From the NCBI RefSeq assembly GCF_009914755.1, contig NC_060929.1: 64,000 nt of DNA. One strand, given 5' to 3'. The translations under genes and the position numbers were made by a program. The notes under the pieces were generated by a model. That model worked only from the letters and a program-made list of their open reading frames with translations. It made no database searches and was not told the DNA's origin. This DNA is from the human T2T-CHM13v2.0 reference genome, Homo sapiens. Shown one piece after another: positions 27,917 to 41,735 of this stretch (the first letter of the stretch is position 1; every line of letters starts with the position of its first letter).

Positions 27917-28347
27917 TATGCCAATCTAAATAACAGAGAGGGAGACTCTAAAAGAAAATGATATATATTCAGGAGTAGACATTGCAATGGGAATACATGT
28001 ATTTGGGAAGGTAAACAAAGACAAAGGTTTTTAAAGAAACAATGAGAAGGATTACATAATGTTTTCAGATAATTATTTTTGACTACAAGGATCAATAACA
28101 AGGGCGGTGTCAGTGTAAGGCTGGATAATCCAGTTGCTGGACAGATGTCCTTGTAGAAGTATTTTTTTTGTGTAAGGTTGTGTTGACCTTTGTGCATGGT
28201 TGTGGCTTTTACAGGTTGTTTCAGGATAGTTTTGTTTTCAGGCATTGGTGTAAGAGAGCCCTTCCTGCGTGACCTTACCTGGCTCCATTTTCAGGATTTT
28301 GTTTTTTAACATAAATGACCCCATTTTGATTCTGACAACTTTTATGC
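27917..28347 (-). mobile_element. ERV1 LTR (MER34-like)
   Basis: Ends in ccattttgattctgacaacttt; clearly homologous to 58052-58501. Confidence 0.65.
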
Positions 28348-28349
28348 TG

Positions 28350-30513
28350 CAAGCTCTTTCCATAATTCTTGTCCCACACAGAGGATTCCTTAATCAGTCC
28401 AGTCACTCAGTTGTTTTTCTTCTGACAACATGGCTAGGCTATTGGGAATGGCCCATGAGTCTGTGAAAATACAGCAAGATATGGTGAGTAAGGCGGCTGG
28501 CGTGGCCATTGCCACTGTATGTAGTTTAGCCTATTGGATAGAATGTCCATGTCCAGTCTCAGTCAAAAGTTGGCTATCTATTGGCCAGATGGTGGTGGCA
28601 GCCCAATGGACCCCATCTGCTTTTAGTTTGGCAGAACTGTTAGTAAACCACGCCAGACCATTGGTAGGCATATTTTTGAACCCATAGGAGGAGCCAAAAC
28701 ATCCTCAACAGGTTACTTGGTCACTTTTGGTTAGCTAGCCATTTATACATGGAACCTACTGGTCCCTTGGGATCTGGGTGGACATGATCTTAAATGTGCC
28801 AGTTTCGATGTGCCAGTTTCATTTAATAATCGAGCTCTGTTGAGCCTGTCTAATTTGATTGGTGGAGTTTGCATGAACCCAAGTAAGAATGGGCATTTCA
28901 TGTTGTAGTGTCATGTATGGTGCTCTGGCCATAAGATGCTCAGTGTCCAGAGACTAGTGCCTAGTAGCAAGCAAGGAGTTGCTGTTTAAAAGCGGTGTAT
29001 CTGGGGGCTGCTTCAAGCAACTTATATGTCCAAAATGTGAGAGGCTGGTACATCCCAGTGGTAGTTTTTTCTTGCCAGAGACTCCAATCAGCGTGCATGG
29101 AGGTTTTGGACATCTGTAATTTTATTGAGCTAGCAGGCTTTAAGGGTTCTAAAAGCAGTGCCTGGACCACAACTTGTTGAATGGCTTCCAAGGCCTGTTG
29201 TCGCAAAGAACCTCATTTAAAATTGGTGGGTTTGCTGGTCAATTTGACTAAGGAGAGCAAAAGGACACCCAGGTTAGGTATATGTGGTCTCCAGTACTCA
29301 AAGAGGCCTACCAGCTGCTGGGCCTCATTTTTATTAGAGGATGCCACAAGAGACAACACTTTTGTTTGGCTGTATCGGGGATACTTCTTTGGTGTTCAGC
29401 TTAAGTGGCCTTGGCATTTAGCCTGTGATAGTCCATGGTTAGTCTCCATGCCCTGGAGAGCCTTTTGCGACCAGCCAAACTGGGCTGTTATATTGTGAGA
29501 GGGTGGTTTATAATATTTATATCTGTATTAAGTCCTCAATTAACAAAATACTGTCCTATTCTCCACTCAGTATGTATAAGAGTACTACTTTTGTTGAATA
29601 AGCCATTGGAACTTGGGGAGCTTAGGTGGCAGGCGGAAGTGGATATGCCCCACTGTTATGGCTTAAATCCTTAGCTGTGTTGGGGGAACATACCCCTTCA
29701 GATGGAGGTGGCCTTCTGTGCCCCAAGCAGCCAAAATGCCAATGCCTATGATGCACTGACTGATAGGAACCATGGTCTCTGGCACCTAAAATGGCCCAAC
29801 GGGCCCTGCCCACAACCAGATAAGCATCTTGGGTCACTATGTTTGTCCGAAAACCTCCCAATGTCATCAGTTTAATTTTTCCCCTAAAAGAACAAGGAAA
29901 TATTGTCATGTGGGCTCCAGTATCCAAGAACTCCACAAAAGTCTGAATTTTCTTCTTTTTCTCTTTTCTCTTAACAAGAGTATTAGGCCAGTGCCCTTCG
30001 GTAAGCACCTAGAGACTTTGGCAACAACCCTAACTGCACCGTTTGGGTCTGCAGTGTCCCTTTATCCAACAAACAGACCAACCAGGTTGCTTGAGAGCTT
30101 ACTGCTTATGTCTATGTGTGTCCTTTGGATCTTGAGTCACGTTCTCTGTGAAGGCCTGCATTGTGCATGCTGGTTCCCTCTCAGATGTCTCAAGGACCAT
30201 CAGAGGACCTCTTTTTAATTCTCTCTCAGATGCCTCCAGATGCATCTGAATACCCAGGAAGGAGCAATCACATATGTGCACTAAGCTCCCCTGTTTCCAC
30301 GCTTCTTTCCTCCGCCACAATCCATGCAGCCACCTCACCCACATTCTCGGGGTGTATGTGTGGCCTGTGTCTCTCTTATCACTGCTTCTTCCCCATAAAA
30401 CATCTAGCTGGTCTGATGTCTCCACTGTGGGCCAGGTATGAGATAGGGTATTGCCCCTTCTACTTCACCAATGAGCCATTGTTCTGTCAGATTGAATCCT
30501 GCTTGCTGTGCCA
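28350..30513 (-). mobile_element. Class III (ERVL/HERV-S-like) internal remnant: gag, protease, RT connection/RNase H, PBS
   Basis: FLDTGAHMTIFP aspartic-protease motif (ORF 29622..30008); QQALEAIQQ...WSLWQ...PLTFW...RYTAFKQQLLACY (ORF 28961..29206); WFTNSSA RNase H-like at ~28640; PBS 30496-30513. Confidence 0.82.
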
Positions 30514-30517
30514 ATTT

Positions 30518-30910
30518 TGTGAAGCAGGTGCTCTCTGTGCACTGGTTATCAACTGTCCGAGTCCAGTGAGACAGAATACACTCATACACAACAAGTTACG
30601 TGAAATGGATTTGTTACCATCAGACAGGCAGCAAGGGATAACACAAGCCTTGGATTTATTGCTGCTGGTCCCCAAGGCTGCGGAGAGCTGCCCAGGGCAA
30701 ACAGAATCTTATCTCTGAGTTCTTCACTTGTACCATAGCTGAGAGACCTCAGAAGCATCCATCCTGGATTTTATATCGTGACAACACATGACTCGCTGCA
30801 CTAAAGCATTAAAGGACATCCTCTTTCTAGGGAGGACTGGAACAGAGCCTGAGCTGTTCTGGCCAATCCCCCTCTCATCTAAAGATGTTGCATTCCTAGC
30901 ACAGTCTACA
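30518..30910 (-). mobile_element. 5' LTR of the class III ERV (MER76-like, uncertain)
   Basis: TG...CA termini, 4 nt from the PBS. Confidence 0.7.
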
Positions 30911-31210
30911 TATTTTGGATTATATCCTTGACATTGTTAATGTTATTTTGGTTACACTCTGAGTTCTGTTAAAATTCTCCGCTGTGGGCCATCTTCTCCA
31001 AGTTTTGACTCCCCTTCCCAATTTGCCTACTTGTGTTTAATTTTAAGAGTCCTCAAGTAGTTTCTTTTTGTATTTTGTTCAATGCATGCAGTAGAATCAT
31101 TGAGAGAGAAAGGCTGTAGTTGGCTCATTCTAGCTTGTCTGTAAGTTCTTGTTTGTCATGTTCTCAAAAGTGAACAAAAATACTTGTTGAACAAATAAAT
31201 GAAGAAATAA

Positions 31211-31471
<261 letters not shown>

Positions 31472-31589
31472 TGAACAGAGACACTGATGAATAAAATCAC
31501 TTTAAACTCTTATTTCTGTGTAGGTTCAAATGGTGTGGGTCATCTGTTTTAAAAGGTCCATGAAATTAATCATACACTTTTATGGTTAG

Positions 31590-31943
<354 letters not shown>

Positions 31944-32609
31944 TAGGAGTTAGACTGGTTTCCTTAAGAGATTTTGGTTGTACCAAAAACTAAGAGAAAA
32001 ATATTTAAACAGAGGCGGGGTAGCATTTAAAAAATTAGATTAGGTGCCTCATGAGAAGTGAATGGGAAACCATCCACCTCAGACAGTTGACAGTAGTATT
32101 TTATTTATACTGCCTATCTTCTCTCTTACCTTTCATTTTCCCAAAATGGTTTCAAGCCATCACTTTGCTGGATTCACAGTAGATCTGGAGCTATATAAAT
32201 TAGTATACACCTTTAATTCAGGACAGTGGAAGTGTTAATGACAAGGAAAGCATTGGTCTCATCCTAAACAACTTGAGGCCATGTTTGGAAATGTAATGAC
32301 ATTTGGAACCTTAATGGTTATTTGTGAGTCATTTGTTCCGGTGATGCCACACTGTGTGCCCTCTCCAGCATGCTCTGTGGCAGGGTTTCCTCAGTATTGA
32401 CTGCAAACTTTTCCTGCTAAATAACTATGTCTGAGAACTCAAATGGGCCTCAGGAGATTTGATGGCCCAATCCTGCTTCCATCTCCCTCCAACTCAATGT
32501 CATAAAGGATAACTGTTGCCCATTTTACAGATGAGGCAACTTGCACCCATAACTGAAGAGATTTGCCCTGATTGCAGTTACTGAATGGTACAGACATCGT
32601 AATAATCTT

Positions 32610-32900
32610 AGGAGTGCAGTGGCTCACACCTGTAATCCTAGCACTTTGGGAGGCCGAGGAAGGTGGATCACGTGGTCAGGAGTTCGAGACCAGCCTGACC
32701 AACATGGTGAAACCCCATCTCTACTAAAAATATAAAAATTAGCCAGGCGTGGTGGCACACGCCTGTAATCCCAGCTACTCGGGAGGCTGAGGCAGGAGAC
32801 CGCTTGAACCTGGGAGGTGGAGGTTGCAGTGAGCTGAGATCGTGCCACTGCACTCCAGCCTGGGCAACAGAGTGAGACTCCATCTCAAAAAAAAAAAAAA
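32610..32900 (+). mobile_element. Alu (AluS-like) inserted in MIR
   Basis: Full dimer with A-tail; TSD-like aatcttagga/aatcatagga; MIR cores at ~32500-32600 and 32980-33130. Confidence 0.92.
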
Positions 32901-35900
32901 TCATAGGAGTCAACATTTACTGTGAGCCATACATAGCTCGAAGGGCCCTCTGTGCTCCTCTCTTTTCATCCTGACAACACGCAGTAGGTGCTCTTATGAT
33001 CCTCATTTTATGCCAGAGGATATCAGGGCACAGAAAGATTAAGTAATTTAACTGGTTCAGCCAGGCACTGACTGAGCTGCGACTCACGTCCAGGCAGCCT
33101 GACACCAGAGCTCCACCCTTAATCAGAGCTCAATTCTGTGTGTTCTCTCTCTTGGTGTTATTACAACCTCTAGATCTTGTTGATTCAAGTCCTGGCTATT
33201 TTAGTGCCAAAGGAAGGATTATACATATGTATTTTATTATTCTTCTTATTTGTGTATGGCAGCTGGCAGAACTCTTTCTGTCTGATTCTGGGAGGACCAT
33301 TTTAAAGCAGTGACTCTAATTTGGGGGTAGTGGGCACCGCTAATCAGAATCCACACATGAGGATGGTCATTAGTCAAGTTCTGCAGGCCTCCCCGCTTCC
33401 CTGGTGGTGTCTGCCTATCCTCAAGCCCATTGAGACTCCAGTAATTTTTCCTAGGTGTACGGGTTCCTCAATAATCTTTGTTCTGGAAGGCCCTGTTCCT
33501 GAGAGGAATGTTGCATTTTCCTCAGTGTGTTTTAGAAAAGAATTTTTATTATTTTGCTTTACGTTTTCTGTTTTTTTTTTGAAAATTTATTCCAACATAA
33601 CTAAAATTATGTAAAAAGGGAAGATGGCAAAAGAATAGAGTTTCTTTTAGATTATAGTAATAATCTAACATCTTGAAAACGCTTAACTTTGCTTTTGATG
33701 ATGACAAGAAAATGAGATGAATCTACTGAAGGTGAACCTATAGGAATTTTTTATTACTTCTGATCACGCTTTGCTTAATGCTGGAAAACTCAAATCTTTA
33801 TGTGTATTATAACCATGCTTAAGTATAATTATAGTGAGCAGACATTGAGTTAAATGAATTGATGGTATAAATGATGTTGTTTATAAAATATAGTGCTATC
33901 AACTGTATTGTAGCACTTTTTTGTTATAAATAGTAATTTACAAGCCAGCTGAAGATTTTGCATTGAGCTTAGATATTGTCCCTGAGTATTTCAATAAAGT
34001 TTTAAATTTAATATTGGCTTCTCCAATGACTTATTTAGCAAATTGAAATCTGCTTTAATAGATTTAAAAATATATGGCCACCTTTAACTTAAAGTATAAA
34101 GTGTTGAGTCAGCAACTAAAATAAAAAACTTAAATGTCAATTATTAGGCAAAAAAGATTATATTTTTATAAGATAGAGAGATACATTTTAATGTTATGTT
34201 CCAAAACAGTTCTTCTTTCAAAGAAATGTTCTGAATCAGATCAAAAATTACTTGTCCTCTCACAAACCAAAAACTAAAAAAAATAGGAAAGTTATTTTTT
34301 AATATTTGAAACACCTTAATTTTGTTAAATTTTGTTAATTTCGTGACAGTTGCTATTTAACACTTTCACACTTAGCAGCCAAAATTTTTTTAAACCATTT
34401 TAGTATGCAGAAATCATATTTAAAAAATAGAAGTTGGAGGTCCTAGCCAGAGGAATCAGGCAAGAGAAACACATCCCAAAAGGAAAAGAAGTCAAACTCT
34501 CTTTGCTGATGATATGATTCTATACCTAGAAAACCCTACATTAAGAGTGGACACAGGGAGAATGCAGAAGCTGGGCTGAAGGGTCAGGAAGCTGCATACC
34601 CTGCACAGGGCTATGAAGCACCCACACTCGTTCTTGGCCCCCAGCAACTCCTGGGGAAGGGGTTGAACAGGCGGCCTGCCCCTGCCGTGGACCTTTGGAA
34701 TCCAGGCAGCAGGAAACCCCACAACCCTCATGGACAATTGGACTGGCAGGAAGAGCTTCTTAGAGAGGTAGTAGGAATAGAGCTCCATCCTGGGCAGGGC
34801 CCAGAGGGTTTGGTGCAGAAACATCTGCAGTGGAGCATGGCCAGGGACACAAATCCCCCAAGCCTTGCCTTGCTCCTCTAGGAGACTTTGGCCAAAGGGT
34901 GACCATGAGACCTAGACAGAGGAGAATGGTCTTACCCATGAGATGGGGCCAGTCCAATCTGAGTGATCCCCTGTCTGCTGGCCACTCCTGAGGCTCCAGC
35001 CTTGCCACACTAGCTGGAGTTGCAGCCTCAGATGCCCAACTATGGTGCTTCCTAGGGGACCATATCATAGCTGCTTTGCTGGCAGATGGCACCTGACCAT
35101 TGGAGATTTCCAGCAGAACAGTCCCTACTGACATGCATCAGCCCACCTGCAGCCTCCCCCAACCACAGCCTACCCAATGCCACCTTGCCAGTATGCACTT
35201 GTCCATGGTCACCCCACCACCACTTTGCCAGTGCACACGTGTGGGTGGACCTTGCCTCTTCTCCTCCAATGGCTTATGTGTGCACATATCCCACTGCTGC
35301 TGTTGGCATAAGCACAACGTGTGGCCCTGCCTCCCCTGGTGCTTCCATTTCTGGTGTGAAAGAGTGCATGGACACCAGCAGCCCCACCCCCACTCCTGCT
35401 GACACTGCCACCAGCGTGAATGTGTGCATGGCCCCACAACCCCCCCAACACCATCACTGGCACAAATGCATGCACAGACACCAGCAACTCTGCCCCTACC
35501 CCTGTGCTGCCACTGTGGCTGCTGCAAACCAGCACACAGACAACCACGGCCCTGCCTTCCCAGTGCCACCACAACTGCCAATGTGAATGCATGCATGGAT
35601 GCTGGCAACTCTACCCACCCCTGCACTGCCACTGCTGCCTGTGCAAACTCATGCACAAAGACTGGTAGCCTCCTGCCTCCACCACTGCCAGTACCAGTGC
35701 CAGCACTGTCACTGGCACTTCTGCCTCTGCCTGCATCCCCCCACCAGGGCAACTGCATGCAGGAACCCTGCAGCCCTACTCTCAGAGGTACCCCACCCCA
35801 GCTGATGCACATACAAACCACTGCACTGCCCTAGCTGCTGGCACATGTGAGTGAGCATGGACCCTGCTGCCACTACCCTGATGAAGTGCTTTGGCCTGCA

Positions 35901-38127
35901 CCACTCATTGGAGTTTTGTGGCCAGCAGACTGAGATCAGTTCGGCCTCTCCAACACAGCAGGTTCCTAGCCTTGAGGGGCCAGAGAACAAAGGTGGGGGC
36001 CTGATACCAGTCCTGCAGAGTTAGAGCATGCAGACCAGGAGTGCTAAGCTGAGCTTTGGCCCCTTAAAATCTTCCAGATGGGAACCCAGTCAACTGAACC
36101 CATCTTATATCAAAATCAGATGTCCCCCAAGGACATCAAATAACATAAAACATAAAACAAAACAAAAACCCATCCAAAGGACAGCAACTTCAAAGACTAA
36201 AGGAACATCAGCCCACACAGATGAGAAGGAAAGAATGCAAGAACTCAGTGGCAACTCAAAAAGCCAGAGTATCTTCTTACCTCCAAAGACCACACTAGCA
36301 TCCTAGCAATGGTTCTTAACCTGTTCAAAATGACAGAATTAGAATTCAGAATATGGATAGAAACAAAGATCATCAACATCCAAGAGAAAGTGAAAACCCA
36401 ATCCGAGGAATCTAAGGAATACAACAAAATGACACAGGAGATAAAAGACAAAATGTCCATTTAAAGAAAGGATCAAACTGATCTGATAGAGCTGAATAAT
36501 TCATTTCAAGAATTTCATAATACAAATGCAAGCTGAGGAAAGAGTCTCAGCTCAAAGACCAGTTCTTCAATATAACTCAGTCAGACAAAAATAAAGAAAA
36601 AAATAAAAATTATTATGTAAAGAGAACAACTCAGCCACTCATTGGTGTTCTTGAAAGAGAGGCAGAGAAGGCAAGCAACTTGGAAAACATATTTGAGGAT
36701 ATTATTCACAAAAATTTCCCCAGCCTCACTGGAGAGGACAACATTCAAATTCAGGAAATGCAGAGAACTCCTGTGAGGTACTATACAAGATGACCATCCC
36801 AAAGACACCATGTCTCCAAGACATAGTCATCAGATTCTTCAAGGTTGAAATGAAAGAAAAAATGTTAAAGGCAGCTAGGGAGACAGGGCGGGTCACCTAC
36901 AAAGGGAACCCCATCACGCTAACAGTGGACTTTTCATCAGAAATGCTACAAGCCAAAAGAGATTGGGGCCTGTACTGAACATTCTTAAAAGAAATTCCAA
37001 CCAAGAATTTCATATCTAGCCAAACTAAGCTTCATAAGTGAATGAGAAATAAGATCCTTTTCAGACAAGCAAATGCTAACGGAATTCACTACCATTAGAC
37101 CTGCCTTAGAGGAGATCCTTAAGGAAGTGCCAAATATGAAAAAGGAAGTCCATTACCAACCACCACAAAAACAGACTTAAGTAATAGACCATTGACAGTA
37201 TAAAGCAACCACGCAATCAAATCTGCATAATAACCAGCTAACAAGACAATGACAGGATCAAATCCACACATACCAGTATTAAACTTGAATGCGCACAGGT
37301 TACATGCCCCAATTAAAAGGCACAGAGTGGCAAGTTGGAGAAAGAAGCAAGATCCAACTGTATGCTGTCTACAGGAGACCTATATCACACGCAGTGACAC
37401 CCACAGGCTCAAAGTAAAGGGATGCAGAAAAATCTACCAACCAAACAAAACAGAAAAAAGCAGGGATTGGTATTCCAATTTCTGTCAAAATTTATTTTAA
37501 ACCAATAATGATCAGAAAAGACAAAGAAGGGCATTACATAATGGTAAAGAGTTCAATTCAACAAGAAGACTTAACTATCCTAAATATATATGCACCTAAC
37601 ACAAGAGCGCACAGATTCATAAAGTAAGTTCTTAGAGACTTACAAAGAGACTTAGATAGCCACATAATAATAGTAGGAGACTTCAACATTTTGCTGACAG
37701 TATTACATGAATTATCAGGGCAGAAAACTAACAAAGATAGTAAGGACCTCAACTTGACACTTGACAAAATGGGCTTACAGAACTCTCCACCCCAAAACAA
37801 ATATACATTATTCTCATCTGCACATGGCATATACTCTAAAACTGACTTCACAATTAGACATAAAACAATCCTCAGCAAATTAAAAGAAAACCCGAAATAA
37901 TACCAAACACACTCTCAGGCAACAGCACAATAAAAATAGAAATGAGTACGAAGAAAATTACTCAAAACCACCCGATTACATGGAAATTAACCTGCTCCTG
38001 AAAGACTTTTGGGTAAACAATGAAATTAAGGCAGAAATTAAGAAATTATTTGAAATTAATGAGAAGAAAGATAACAATATACCAGGATCTCTGAGACACA
38101 GCAAAGCCATGTTAAGAGTAAAGTTTT

Positions 38128-38416
<289 letters not shown>

Positions 38417-39327
38417 TCACACCTCAAAGAAGTAGAGAAACAAGAACAAACCAACACCAAAGCTGTCAGAAGACAAGAAATAACCAAAATTAGAACTGAA
38501 CTGAAGGAAATTGAGATGCAAAAAACTATACAAAAGATCAACGAATCCAGGAGTTATTAAGAAGAATAAGTTTCATAGATCACGACCTAGACTAATAAAG
38601 AATAAAAGAAGATCCAAATAAACACAATCAGAAATGTTAGAGGACATTACCACTTGACCCCATAGAAACACAAAAACTCTCAGAGATTACTGTGAGCACC
38701 TTTTTGGACACAAACTAGAAAACATACAGCCTGGAAACATACAGCCTCTCAAGATTGAACCAGGAAGAAATTGAATCCCTGGACAGACCAATAGTGGGAT
38801 CTGAAACTGAATCAGTAACAAAAAGCCTAGGAACCAGAGAAAGCCCAGGACCAGATGCATTCACAGCCAAATTCTGTCAGAGTTATAAAGAGCTGGTACC
38901 ATTCCTACGGAAACTATTCCAAAAAAACTGAGTTGGGGGACTCCTCCCTAACTCATTCTGTGAGGCCAGCATCATTCTGACACTAAAACCTGTCAGAGAC
39001 ACAACAAAAAGAGAAAACTTCAGGTCAATATCCTTGATGAACATAGATGCAAAAATCCTCAACAAAATACTAGCAATCCAGATCCAGCAGCACATTAAAA
39101 AGCTAATCCACCACAATCAAGTAAGCTTTATCCCTGGGATGCAAGGTTGTGTCAGCCTACGCAAATCACTAAATGTGATTCATCACATAAACCGAACTAA
39201 AAACAAAAACCACACAATCATCTCAATATATGCAGAAAAAGCTTTTGATGAAATTCAATATCCATTCATGTTAAAAACTCTCAACAAACTACATGTTGAA
39301 GGAGCATACCTCAAAATAAGAGCCTAG

Positions 39328-39549
<222 letters not shown>

Positions 39550-40666
39550 TGATTGTATACCTAGAAAACCCCATAGTCTCTGCATAAAAGCTCCTAGATC
39601 TGATTAAAAGAAAAAAGTCAGCAAAGTTTCAGGATACAAGATCGATGTACAAAAATCAGTAGTATTTCTATACACCAATAAGATTCAAGCTGAGACCCAA
39701 GTCAAGAACGCAATCCTACTTTCGATACTCACATACACAAAAATATCTAGTAATACATTTAACCAAGGAGGTGAAAGATCTCTACAAGGAGAACTAGAAA
39801 ACACTGCTGAAAGAAATCATAGGTGACACAAAGAAATAGAAAAATATTCCGTGCTCACAGATTGGAAGAATCAATATCATTAAAATCACTGACTCCCCAA
39901 AGCAATTTACAGATTCAATGCTATTTCTATCAAACTATCAATGTTATTTTTCACAGAAATAGAAAAAAACTATTCAAAAAATTGATATGGAAACAAAAAA
40001 GAGCCTATATAGACAAAGCATTTCTAAGCAAAAAGGACAAAGCAATAGGCAGCACATTACCCCAGTTCAAACTATACTACAAGATTACAGTAACCAAAAC
40101 ATCATGGTACCAGTATAAAAACAGTCACATAGACCAATGAAGCAGAATAGAGAACCCAAAAACAAAACTACACACCTACAGCCATCTGATCTTCTACAAA
40201 GTCAACAAAAATAAGCAATGGGGAAAGGACTCCTAATATAATAGATGGTGCTGGGATAGCTGGCTAGCTATGTGTGGAAGAATGAAGCTAGACCTGTACC
40301 TTTCACCATGTAGAAAAAATTAACTCGAGATGAATTACAGATTTAAATGTAAGACCTCAAACTATAGGAATCCTAGAAGAAAACCTAGGAAACACCATTC
40401 TGGACATTGGCCTTGGGAAATAATTTATGACTAAGTCTTCAAAAGAAATTGCAACAAAAACAAAAATTGACAAGTCAGACCTAATTAAACTAAAGAGCTA
40501 CTGAACCACAAAAGATACTATCAAAAGAGTAAGCAACAACCTACAGAATGTGAGAAACTATTTGTAAACTATGCACCTGACAAACACCTAATATCCAGCA
40601 TCTATAAGGAACTTAAACAATTCAACAAGCAGAAAGCAAACAACCCCATTAAAAAGTGGGCAAAAG

Positions 40667-41056
<390 letters not shown>

Positions 41057-41499
41057 TCATATCAAAATCACAATGAGACACCATCTCACACCAATCAGAA
41101 AGGCTATTTTTAAAAATCTTTGCATGTTGTTACTGTTTTTATTCTTTAGCTACCCCAGGTAGCTTCTGTAGCAGTCAGCACCACTGTCCTGCTAGACCTT
41201 CTGTAAGTATTAAAAGCCAATGTTCTTACAAGAACGTTTTTGCACAGAAGGAGGTGTTACACAAAAAGGGGGAAGGTTAAGCTACTGTACGCATTTGTTT
41301 GCAATGTGTCATCTCACAGAACTCATCCCTGTAACCCCATCAGGGCAGGAGCCTTCTTCACATGTCTTCATAATATTTCTTAAGGGAGGCCATTTTCCAC
41401 AGTGCTTCAGATCTCAAATGCAAGTGGAGCCTGACATAATAAAACTCTGGTTTCATTTCAACCATGATGCAGGGAATATATTCCATGTGTATTAATAGG

Positions 41500-41735
41500 T
41501 TGTAACAGTTTTCTAGGGCTTTAATAACACAGTACCACAGACTGAAGGACTTTAACAAGAGAAATTTAGTGTCTCATAATTATGGAGGCTAGAAATCTGA
41601 CATCAAGCTGTTGGCTGAGGTTGTTTCTCAGAGGCCACTCTCTTTGGCTAGTAGATGGTCATCTATGTCTGCTCACAGGGTATTCTCTTGAGCGTCTCTG
41701 TGCATCTATTGCCTTTTCTAATGAGGACACAAGTC
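41500..41735. mobile_element. MLT1-type MaLR LTR fragment within captured block
   Basis: agtaccacagactg...aacaagagaaattta..tctcata...tggaggctagaaatctgacatcaag...gaggacacaagtca. Confidence 0.7.

Noticed and set aside
33600-34420. AT-rich stretch (and 42400-43500) that might be an ancient DNA-transposon remnant split by the L1
   Set aside because: I could not identify terminal repeats or a convincing transposase motif by eye; needs a Dfam search
34663-35990. Cluster of long overlapping ORFs (up to 227 aa) on both strands
   Set aside because: They lie in the GC-rich, internally repetitive L1 5'UTR. Low stop density explains them and there is no protein-family signature
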